DNA of 64,000 bases, taken from sequence record OK272482.1. One strand, written 5' to 3'. The notes under the pieces were generated by a model. It had not been told where the DNA came from, did no database searches, and saw only the letters and a program-made list of their open reading frames with translations. How positions within the stretch are numbered: position 1 is the first letter of the stretch; every line of letters begins with the position of its first letter. The DNA comes from Escherichia phage JLBYU08. The position numbers and the translations under genes were made by a program. Below, piece by piece: positions 43,340-52,300 of the stretch.

Positions 43340-44800
43340 ATGGATAGCAGAAGTTCAGAAATCATTGCCTCGCAGAAAGATGATGCCCTGAGAATGTTGC
43401 AGGCTGCACGTATGTATCTCCTTGAAAAGCTGCCGTTCTATGGCACACTACTGTCAGGGTTGCAGTTCGTAGAAAACCACACATGGTGCTCCACCATGGC
43501 AACCGACCATAAACGCATCTATTACAGTCCTGAGTTCATTATGGGATTGGCTGATGAACGCAAGGCTATTCTTAAGGCTTCTCTAACTGACGAGCAGTTT
43601 GAGATGGCTGAAGTTTTCTATTCCCCAAAATCTGTGAAAGAGGTGGCCTTCCTTCTGTCACATGAGGTGGGGCATATTATCTGTGATCACCTAGTCCGTG
43701 GTAAAAGCTTTGAGCCGGAACTGTTCAATATTGCTTGTGATCACGTTATCAACACAGGCCTTGTGGTTGACTTTAGCAAACCTCCTTGTGTTTTCTTCCC
43801 GAAGGGGAAAAGCACTACGTTCGTGAAAGGTAAGCCTTTTGGCTTCTTAGCCAGCTGCTACTGCGACATGAAGTTTCATGGATGGATTGCTGAGAACGTT
43901 TATGCAGTTCTTGATAAGCAAAGAGATCAGAATAACGGTAAAAGTAAGAACGGTAAAGGTGAGAACTCTCAAAGTGATAAGCGACAAACCGATGATCACA
44001 TGAGTGGGAACGGTGGCACCAGTGATAATCTTGGAAAGGCTATGGGGTATGATCAGCCACAACCTGTAATCAGCCAATCTGATAAAGATCAGGCCATGCA
44101 GGACTCTGGTGATATGCTGGAGGCAGCAATGCAAGCGTCCGGAGGCCGTTGCCCTGAGGCGGTGCGTGAGTTTGTCAAGAACAGAGGTAAACCTGTAATC
44201 AACTATATAGACATCATTAAGCAACGCATGTTGTCTAAAAGAAAGGCCGAACTGACCTACAGAAAACCTGGTCGCCGATCTGGGTCTTTGACCAGCACAA
44301 TGCGAAAAGTTGGGGCTATAAACAAGAACCAGCACGTTATTGTTCCTGGTCGTAATCCGGAAAACACTATAGATATTGTGGTGGCTTTAGACGTTTCTGG
44401 CTCGATCTCTCAAAGAACTTTAAAGAAAATGTTCAATGAAATCACCGGATTGTGCAATCTGTATAAAGAGTTTAAGGTTACAATGTTCTGTTGGTCAACT
44501 GAGGTTGGAGAGGTTAAAGTATACACTCGCGGCAACATAGACGAGATGATCAACTATGAGGTCCACTCAACATGGGGCACAACAGCTGCTTGCGTGTTCG
44601 AGCATCTGGATGCCAACATACCTAATGCAAAAGATGTCATCGTCCTGACCGACCTATACTTTGAGCATAACTTTGAACAAAAGGTTGTTGACAACAAGTG
44701 GAAAAAGTACGATACTCTATGGGTCCTCACTGAGGGGTATAATAAAAATTATATCCCGAGCTTTGGGAAAACTGTGGAATTAATCGAGTACGCTAAGTAA
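43340..44800 (+). CDS. putative metallopeptidase (HExxH) plus von Willebrand A domain protein, DUF2201-like, about 486 aa
   Basis: HEVGHIICDH zinc-binding motif in N-terminal half; MIDAS-like VALDVSGSIS in C-terminal half; GGAG SD before internal ATG. Confidence 0.7.
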   Translation: MDSRSSEIIASQKDDALRMLQAARMYLLEKLPFYGTLLSGLQFVENHTWCSTMATDHKRIYYSPEFIMGLADERKAILKASLTDEQFEMAEVFYSPKSVKEVAFLLSHEVGHIICDHLVRGKSFEPELFNIACDHVINTGLVVDFSKPPCVFFPKGKSTTFVKGKPFGFLASCYCDMKFHGWIAENVYAVLDKQRDQNNGKSKNGKGENSQSDKRQTDDHMSGNGGTSDNLGKAMGYDQPQPVISQSDKDQAMQDSGDMLEAAMQASGGRCPEAVREFVKNRGKPVINYIDIIKQRMLSKRKAELTYRKPGRRSGSLTSTMRKVGAINKNQHVIVPGRNPENTIDIVVALDVSGSISQRTLKKMFNEITGLCNLYKEFKVTMFCWSTEVGEVKVYTRGNIDEMINYEVHSTWGTTAACVFEHLDANIPNAKDVIVLTDLYFEHNFEQKVVDNKWKKYDTLWVLTEGYNKNYIPSFGKTVELIEYAK

Positions 44801-44815
44801 GAGAGGAGGTTATTT

Positions 44816-45079
44816 ATGGCAACAGAGTTAAAATTTGCATCAAACCGTAAAACTAAGAAGTATCTGTCCTCAGTAGCTCCAGGCACTGTGGTGATGTTTG
44901 TTGATGAACTTGGGGATGTGAATACAGCACTTGTTGTAAAATCACATCCTGCAAACATATATGTTGGGGTATTTGACCTGTTCAGAAAGGTGTTTGTAGA
45001 ACTACCTCACAGTTTGGTTGTTACAGAAATGGATGCCTGCATAGAAATTCTTGGCGAAGTTATGGTGGAGGAACAATAA
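44816..45079 (+). CDS. small protein, 87 aa; paralogue 1 of a four-gene tandem array
   Basis: Shared pattern MAT..kF.s..k.K.....GtVV...D.......mvvk...fdl...L...kVtE.d..I.iLGE; GAGGAGG SD. Confidence 0.6.
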   Translation: MATELKFASNRKTKKYLSSVAPGTVVMFVDELGDVNTALVVKSHPANIYVGVFDLFRKVFVELPHSLVVTEMDACIEILGEVMVEEQ

Positions 45080-45342
45080 TGGCTACCAGCATTGTATTCA
45101 ATTCTAAGGTGAAGAACAAAAAGCGTGCAGACAGCTTTCCGTGTGGGACCGTGGTAAGTTGCGACGGAGACGGCATTCAAAACATAGTTATGATTGTCAA
45201 AACAGGAGAACATTGTGTGTGGGGGTTCGATTTAGAAAATAATGAGTTGTACGATCTGCCACCAAACATGAAAGTTACAGAGCTTGACACCAAAATTACC
45301 ATCCTTGGAGAGACAAGCTATTCAAAAGAAGGAGGAGAATAA
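45079..45342 (+). CDS. small protein, 87 aa; paralogue 2
   Basis: TAATG coupling; same length and motif pattern. Confidence 0.6.
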   Translation: MATSIVFNSKVKNKKRADSFPCGTVVSCDGDGIQNIVMIVKTGEHCVWGFDLENNELYDLPPNMKVTELDTKITILGETSYSKEGGE

Positions 45343-45605
45343 TGACCACAAAAATCACTATCGCAGAACCGAAAGCTAACACTCAACCTATCGAAAAGTT
45401 TAAGTGCGGTGAGGTGGTAACATTCACACCAGATAATGAAGATGCTAAGATTTTCGCAATGGTCACAGCTGAGTGGATGTGTGACAACACCACACAGGTT
45501 CTGCGTTTTGACACCTATCTTACCGATGAAATCAGGAACGACAAGATTGTGACTGGTGTGGATACTGAGATTGTTTTCTACAAGAGCTTTTTAGAGGGTT
45601 TCTGA
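45342..45605 (+). CDS. small protein, 87 aa; paralogue 3
   Basis: TAATG coupling; same length and motif pattern. Confidence 0.6.
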   Translation: MTTKITIAEPKANTQPIEKFKCGEVVTFTPDNEDAKIFAMVTAEWMCDNTTQVLRFDTYLTDEIRNDKIVTGVDTEIVFYKSFLEGF

Positions 45606-45606
45606 T

Positions 45607-45840
45607 ATGGCAAAAATTCGTAAATTATCTAGCAATCAGGTTGTGAAAGACTTTGAATCTGGAGAGATTCTTTATGTTCGTGATGCAGATGACGAAGGTG
45701 AAGATCTCGTTATGTTGGTGGGGCACGCTGAGGACGGATGCATCCAAGCTGTTTTTCTTGAAACAGCTATGGTGCACTGGATAGAGCTGGACCTGAAAGC
45801 ACGAAAACCTAAAGCAGAAATCCTGATTTACGAAGATTAA
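45607..45840 (+). CDS. small protein, 77 aa; divergent paralogue 4
   Basis: Coupled start; similar size; weaker motif match. Confidence 0.5.
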   Translation: MAKIRKLSSNQVVKDFESGEILYVRDADDEGEDLVMLVGHAEDGCIQAVFLETAMVHWIELDLKARKPKAEILIYED

Positions 45841-45855
45841 TAAAAGGAGAGAGCC

Positions 45856-46305
45856 GTGTTGAGCAAACGTGAATGCGACAGCATTAGCCTGAATTCTTAT
45901 AAGAAACAATGGTTTGGGGTAGAAGTTTGCCGACTGCGGCTAGGCTCCTACCTGAACTTCGTTTATTATGAGAGTGACAGTCGTATCGTTTCTTATGAAG
46001 TGTTCTACACTAAGAACACCTTCGAACTGCGCCGTAAAGTGGATGGCGGGAGAACTACCGCCCAGAATAATTGGGAAACTATTCTGCCTCCAGATGTTAT
46101 AGGAAGCCCCCTGAATGTATCTGAAGATGAAAATCTTATGGTTCATGCTATGATGGGACTTGACAGCTTAGAGCTGGCGATCTATGATATGTCCATAGAA
46201 GCAGTTAAGCTGGACTACATCGAAAACACTTTAGAGGAAGGTATCAAGAAGTTTCTCAGTGAGAAATTAAAAGACCACTTTCATAAGGAGCTATATCTGT
46301 TATGA
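45856..46305 (+). CDS. hypothetical protein, 149 aa, GTG start
   Basis: AAAGGAGAGAG SD before GTG. Confidence 0.55.
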   Translation: MLSKRECDSISLNSYKKQWFGVEVCRLRLGSYLNFVYYESDSRIVSYEVFYTKNTFELRRKVDGGRTTAQNNWETILPPDVIGSPLNVSEDENLMVHAMMGLDSLELAIYDMSIEAVKLDYIENTLEEGIKKFLSEKLKDHFHKELYLL

Positions 46306-46547
46306 AGACCCGTAAAGAACGTAACAAAATTTTACCTGGAGCTCTCGAACACCTGATGAAGTGCAGATCTATTTGGCACTCTGCCAAGGAAGGGCAGAAG
46401 GTGGTTGTGGTTAGTGACAATACCAACCCGTTTGGAGATTATACCACCATGATGGCCCCATATGTCCGTGATGGCGTTGTAGAAGTGGTCCCTTACAACG
46501 GTTTGCATGAACGGCACTTTGAAAGCACTTTGCTAGTGGAGCTATAG
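46302..46547 (+). CDS. hypothetical protein, 81 aa
   Basis: ATGA coupling. Confidence 0.55.
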   Translation: MKTRKERNKILPGALEHLMKCRSIWHSAKEGQKVVVVSDNTNPFGDYTTMMAPYVRDGVVEVVPYNGLHERHFESTLLVEL

Positions 46548-46549
46548 TC

Positions 46550-47116
46550 ATGGCGGTCAATGTGGCTTACAACACAGGAAAGCTTGACAGAGACATTGGG
46601 TGTCTTGTCCTTTCAGATACAGAAGAGTATTGGGGTTATGGGTTGCTGTCAGACCCACACCCGAGCAACCTTGTATCAACAGTGCTATACCGCTACGACC
46701 CTGTGCCAACGGTACACGACAAAGACATTCACGACCTTCGGATCAAGTGTCTGGAAGATCTGCTGAACAATGGTTGCAACGATCTGCGGGTAGCCAAGGA
46801 GAAGCTTACAAACATTCACAAAGAGGAAGTGATGAGTACCCTCAGTAAAAGATCAGTGCACAAAAAGACGATGCTGAACTTTGCAATGGGTATCTACATG
46901 GATGGGTATAAGGGAGGGGATCCGATCCTCAAGCTTCGCTGCCCGACACTGTGGGAAAGAGTGGTTGACAGTAAGGACGGTACTGCCCTGCTCGAACTCC
47001 ACACTGCAGGTTGGATTTGGAGGTATGTAGACGGATACCCTCTGTGGGCATGTGGACCTGGGGAATTTGTTGACAGACCTAGCGCTGTGGTGGACTTACT
47101 ATTGCAGTTTGAATAA
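46550..47116 (+). CDS. hypothetical protein, 188 aa
   Basis: ORF with GGAGCT SD. Confidence 0.6.
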   Translation: MAVNVAYNTGKLDRDIGCLVLSDTEEYWGYGLLSDPHPSNLVSTVLYRYDPVPTVHDKDIHDLRIKCLEDLLNNGCNDLRVAKEKLTNIHKEEVMSTLSKRSVHKKTMLNFAMGIYMDGYKGGDPILKLRCPTLWERVVDSKDGTALLELHTAGWIWRYVDGYPLWACGPGEFVDRPSAVVDLLLQFE

Positions 47117-47173
47117 AAAGGTGAGTTATAAGGTATTCATACACCTACCAACAATACAACAGGAGAGACTAAG

Positions 47174-47449
47174 ATGACGAAAGAAGAGGCCGACGTATTA
47201 GATTTTGCACTAGAGGCTACGCAGGAGGCTTTGGTGTTAGCTTGGAAAATGAACCAGCGTGCTGCAGAATGCAACCGCCGCATCAATGAGATCTTGGGCA
47301 TGTCTATGTATGATTTCACCATGCATGCCGGAGAGATTCCTGAATTAACTGCCGAGATGAATGATCTTGACGATAAAATTAATATCATTCTGAAGACAGC
47401 AGAAACAACTCACCAAACCGCCCGTAAATTTATCAACGAGAAGGTGTGA
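47174..47449 (+). CDS. hypothetical protein, 91 aa
   Basis: ORF with GGAGAGA SD. Confidence 0.55.
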   Translation: MTKEEADVLDFALEATQEALVLAWKMNQRAAECNRRINEILGMSMYDFTMHAGEIPELTAEMNDLDDKINIILKTAETTHQTARKFINEKV

Positions 47450-47918
47450 ATATGGACTACAGCTACTGCGGGGAAGAAGTCCCTTTTAATTACAGCAATC
47501 TTACCACGAGCAATCCATATGAGACTCGCCACGGCACGCACATCATTGCCATCGACTTTGATGGAACGTTTAATGCGAGCCCTTTCATCTTCTCCCGCCT
47601 GATCAGGGATCTGAAGAAGGAGGGGGGTGGACAGTCTACCTTGTGACTTTCCGATTCATTACTCAAGACAATGTAGACATTGAGTATTGGCGCAAGGAGC
47701 TCGATGTTGGTGTGTTCTACACAGGTGGTGTTCAGAAGGCAGCCTACCTGGCGCAGTTTGATATCTACCCAGATATCTGGATTGATGATTCTCCGGCATG
47801 TATTCCGGCTAAGAATCAGTTAGAGTTTGCAATGAAGGAGATTGAGTATAAGTCTGAGGCTAAGCGGAACGGATGGCCCTTTATTATTGAAGATTACCCA
47901 GATCCTGAACCGGAGTAA
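47446..47918 (+). pseudogene. HAD-like phosphatase/nucleotidase gene split into two frames at a G6 run (47622-47627)
   Basis: N-terminal ORF carries HAD motif I (IAIDFDGT); downstream -1 frame carries K and DD motifs (DIWIDDSP); the two frames overlap only across the homopolymer. Confidence 0.5.
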
Positions 47919-47923
47919 GAGCC

Positions 47924-48094
47924 ATGAGGCGAAGATATCATTACCTGATGTGGAAGTTATATCAAAATGCTGCCAAAGCCTATCATACCATGTTTGGCAA
48001 TGACGATCACTACATCATGTTACATCTCACCGCTATTGAGCATCACAATGAGTGGATTCATGCAATCGTGGCAGGTGATAAAGACTTTAAGTAA
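47924..48094 (+). CDS. hypothetical small protein, 56 aa, His-rich
   Basis: ORF below track cutoff with GGAGTAAGAG SD. Confidence 0.35.
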   Translation: MRRRYHYLMWKLYQNAAKAYHTMFGNDDHYIMLHLTAIEHHNEWIHAIVAGDKDFK

Positions 48095-48144
48095 AGTATA
48101 CCTCAAAAACGTATAGTGCGGCTTTCTAGACGGAGACTGATTAA

Positions 48145-48525
48145 ATGTGCAAGTGTAAATCCTATAATTGGAAAGTGAAAGGTGCCAAGCATCCAAATGT
48201 TATCGTTGATGTGCCTAAAAATCTTCGTGACGGCAAAAAACGTGTGTGCCTTGATAAGTGTATGGCTAAGCCTATCATGAGTTTGTGGGCAGCAGGTTTG
48301 AAAACGCTAAACTGCTGCTGTGGTCATAACAAAGATATTCCAAGCATCATTATCCCAGAAGATGCAGATCCTAAAGCTTATGCCAAAATACTGACCCGCT
48401 ATCCCAGCACCTTCCTGATCGGAAAATGGTGTCACGATGAACTCCAATGGTGGATAGCCTATGGTAGTATAGGCACTACTTTTGGCTTCCCAGCTTTGTC
48501 AGAGCGCTATGTCAAAGTGTCATAA
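48145..48525 (+). CDS. Cys-rich hypothetical protein, 126 aa
   Basis: ORF with GGAGA SD. Confidence 0.55.
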   Translation: MCKCKSYNWKVKGAKHPNVIVDVPKNLRDGKKRVCLDKCMAKPIMSLWAAGLKTLNCCCGHNKDIPSIIIPEDADPKAYAKILTRYPSTFLIGKWCHDELQWWIAYGSIGTTFGFPALSERYVKVS

Positions 48526-48686
48526 TAGAATTTAAGGCCTCAAACGAGGCCTGTGCCTTCATAAATTTCCCCACCCTGTGCGATTGCCTTCCTGAATAAA
48601 ATACCCTCTCAGATCTCTTAAAATTAAGCTTGACACCACCACCAGATCTATATATAGTTCTCACCAACCAAACAGAGGAGATCGTC

Positions 48687-49094
48687 ATGGATAATCTTGC
48701 AGATGTAAATGTCGAAATTGTTAAACTAAAGTTCTTGGGCTTTCGAGACCCTTATTCTTTAACAGCCATACTAATGGATACTCACTTCACACCAGGTAAA
48801 GAGTACACTGCCTTCCGTTATATTTGCGGAGATCACGAATCAGCTTACAGTGTGAATACAAACCTCGGCGAGGGATATTTCATCAGAGATATCACAGATC
48901 ACTTGTGGGGTATGTGGGAGTTGGTGGAGGAAGAGAATAAATCCCTTCCTAAAGAGATTTGGGTGCACACCTTCCACACAGGTAAGTTTGGAGGTACGGA
49001 ACATAAGTCTATCCACTATGATGAAGAAAGTGCCATCAAACAACAAGCTGTGCTTGGTGGATCTATAGAAAAATTTGTTAAATGCGAGGACTGA
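48687..49094 (+). CDS. hypothetical protein, about 135 aa (start at MDNLADV)
   Basis: GAGGAG SD before internal ATG. Confidence 0.55.
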   Translation: MDNLADVNVEIVKLKFLGFRDPYSLTAILMDTHFTPGKEYTAFRYICGDHESAYSVNTNLGEGYFIRDITDHLWGMWELVEEENKSLPKEIWVHTFHTGKFGGTEHKSIHYDEESAIKQQAVLGGSIEKFVKCED

Positions 49095-49097
49095 GAA

Positions 49098-49298
49098 ATG
49101 GCTGATTTTTGTAAAGATTGCTCTGAAGAGTTGTTTGGCTTTGACTGCAAAGATTTGGAAGGTCTGATCACTGAGGATCAGTGGAAGGAAGGCTATGCAG
49201 CACCTGTTATTTGTGAAGGTTGTGGCTATACCTATGTTGACCATAAAGGTAAGCGCGTCAAGCCGTCTGAAGATGGGGCATGTTGGGAGTATTACTAA
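49098..49298 (+). CDS. small Cys-rich (zinc-ribbon-like) protein, 66 aa
   Basis: CxxC ... CxxC; GAGGA SD. Confidence 0.55.
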   Translation: MADFCKDCSEELFGFDCKDLEGLITEDQWKEGYAAPVICEGCGYTYVDHKGKRVKPSEDGACWEYY

Positions 49299-49302
49299 CT
49301 AT

Positions 49303-49333
49303 AAAAAGAAAGGGGCCGTTTGGCCCCTTTTTA
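49303..49333. terminator. bidirectional rho-independent terminator between convergent blocks
   Basis: GGGGCC-GTTT-GGCCCC hairpin flanked by an A-run upstream and a T-run downstream. Confidence 0.75.
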
Positions 49334-49345
49334 TTTACCCCCTTG

Positions 49346-52300
49346 TTAACGAGAAAAGGTTGCGTAGGCTTCTAGACGATACTGCTGGTCACCAGGGAAC
49401 ATAACACCTATAGAGGCTGTCCCTAGAATCCTGCCTTCCTTTCCAGACTCCATTCTGAACCCTACCCATCCTGAACTCCTTGCAGCCTCGATGTTGTCGC
49501 TATACCCGAAAGTGGCAAGATCGTCAACACCAGCCCCAAACAGCAACTGAAGCTGACTTCTCGGAAGACCTATAATTTCAGGAATATACGCACCAAAGTA
49601 CACCATCTGCCCTACCTTAGGACCGCTGCCGTACTCCATCGGTTTGCTTGTAGAGAAAGTCTTCATACCAGAAGTACCTGCCGGATTAGGGTATGCCCCG
49701 TTTGTTGCTGTACCTATCCACATTCTCCACTGTGGTGCCATCTGTTTGACAGTAAAAGATGTTGAAGACGTTTTGCGCCCTGCATCATCTGTAACTACAA
49801 ACTTTATGGTGACATTCCCAGTAGCTTTAAATGTTACCAGTCCTGTGGTGGCATCCACTGTTGCAATGTTGGTATTACTACTTTCCCAAGTCTTTCTAAT
49901 CCCGGATACGTTGGAAGGGGTAATAGAAGGTTCCTGCATCTGCAGTTTACCACCAACAATCCCTATGCCGTTGCCCGGATTATACAGCGCACCAACCTCG
50001 TCTATAATGTTCCCTGCTTTGAGACTATACTTCCTTGAGAAGTTGTAGGTTCCGTTATAAGTGTGTGTCCCTGAGAAGGTGACATCTGCCTTCCCGTAAG
50101 AGATGCAAACCAAAGCATACTTCCTGTCAGGCAACGTTGCTCCAGTCTCCGGGTGAGTTTTACCCACCTGAAACACACTCGGGTCAGTGGAGTCGTGGCT
50201 ATCACTAACGGAGCTTGGACCACCCATCAGTTGTGACAAGCAATTCCTTACCCATGTCCAGTTATTATCGCTGGAGAAGTCCACAGTCAAATCAAACACA
50301 ACCCACTCATTTGGCTTCCACACAGGTGTTGTAATGGACTTGCCTACACCACCTCCTTGGAGTGTTGCCGACTGTTCGGTGATCAGGGCCGCATAGGCCA
50401 GAGTTCCTAAACTCAGAGTCTGGCTTGCTGTCCTCACTACCTTAGAATCAGCATCTGTGAAGTTGTTGATGATTTGGAATGTGCCATAAGTGTTTTTACA
50501 GGTAATTCTGGCGTTCAGCGTGTCAATCTTCCTCACATCTGCCATAGCAGTGTTAGACACAGAGAAGTCAGAAGCTTTAGCTGAGTTTGCCGCAACAGCA
50601 GGATCAACGTTAAGAGTTGCGTTGAACTGACAGGCAGGGGTAACCAGCAGCTTGTTATCACCTATTTGCTTCCATGAAATACTTTGGACAGGTAGATTCC
50701 ATTTAATACCTGAGAAAACTTTAGCAACCCTTGGCCCCAAAGCTCCAGTCCTGTTGTCTTTACAGCACATAGACATGGTGATCGTTGACGGAGTTGCCTG
50801 ACCAAATAATTGCTGTGCTTTTGCAGAGGACATAGTGTAGAAATTGTCCTTAACAAACTCATCAGCGGCTAAAGATCCGTCAGCCCTCCACCATTGAACC
50901 TGATACCCTGTTTTGTCCCAACCACCGACCTGCTTCAGGTCTTCCCAGGAGATTTCCAGATCCCCAGTGGTAGGGTTGATTGCAGCAGTTCCCGGTGTTC
51001 CTGGTGACCACAATGGAATATCGAACCACGCTGGTTTAACCGACTGCACTGCGCTGGGACCTATTGCGGCAGCAAGTTGCTGGCCCATCAATACGCGAGC
51101 ATCTTTCACCAGACCCCACTCGATCATAGACCCAGAGTAACCTTCTTTCTTGTAGGCTGAGGATCCGTTCAAATGGATGAGTCGGCTTGTGCCAAAGTTA
51201 TGTGCTCCACCACCGTTATCGTCTGCAAAATTGGTTATGATTCTATCCCTGATATTTTTCCATGCCCTGCCCCCAATCTCATAGTCATGGTCATAACATC
51301 TTTGCAGTGTTGTCCAGCAAATGATCGCCATCCTTCTACCATCGCTGAATCCAAAGGCCTGATCGTTAAGCTCTCTCCACAAGTAGCAGTTAGTGGTCCA
51401 CATGGCCCTATGAATGTTAAACCAGTTTATAGATTTGGCTGAGTTGTCCCACTGAGTCCCAGGTAATTCAGGCCATACTGCATTAACCAGCATGTCTTCT
51501 GTTCCTGCATCAACCAAGAACCCTCTTACCTTCTTACCCATGCCTACCCTATCTTTTGCAATCCAGCTGCCAAACAATCTCAGTTTTGGACCGTAGACAA
51601 CATCTTCCGGATGCTCAAAAGAAACATATTTTAGGTATATTGTAGGGTCACCATAGGTGCCATCACAAACAGCTTTGTGCATGTTCTCGCCAAGGTCTAG
51701 ACGAAGTCCTGTTACAACTTTAGACGTGTCGGTGAATTTGTCTGTTAAATCAAACTCATACCACCACCAACCTGCACCCAACAATACTTTCTTACAACGC
51801 TGTGCGTCTGTATCAGATATTCTCTTATCCCCTGCAAAAGGTGAGTCAGCAAACTGATAGTGCAGAGCGATCTCAAAAGGATGTGTGGATGTCCCGTTTT
51901 CTGCAAGAACTTGTTTACCTATCAGGTCGCACTTAATGATCATCACAACACGTTTGTATCCGTTTGTTACCGGAATTTGCATGGACATGGGTGTCCCATC
52001 CATGTTTGATCTCAGTGCAGTCATGATGATATAAGGGTCAACTGCATTGCCCAAAGTCTCAGGACCGGGGATTATCTTATACTTCTTGACCTGCCCCATG
52101 ATGTAGTCACTTGCGTAAGTTGCCTCATTCAAGCAAGATCCCCCACCAGGTAACTCACCAGGTCCCCAGAAAAATGCGCCGTAACAGTTGTAGAACCACT
52201 TGTTAGGATCGTATTTATTCTTGAAGGTCTGAACCTCGTTGGCCTGTTTTGTCAAGAAAACCTGCGTGTCTGTGAAGATTGCAGGGTTTACTCTCGCCTG

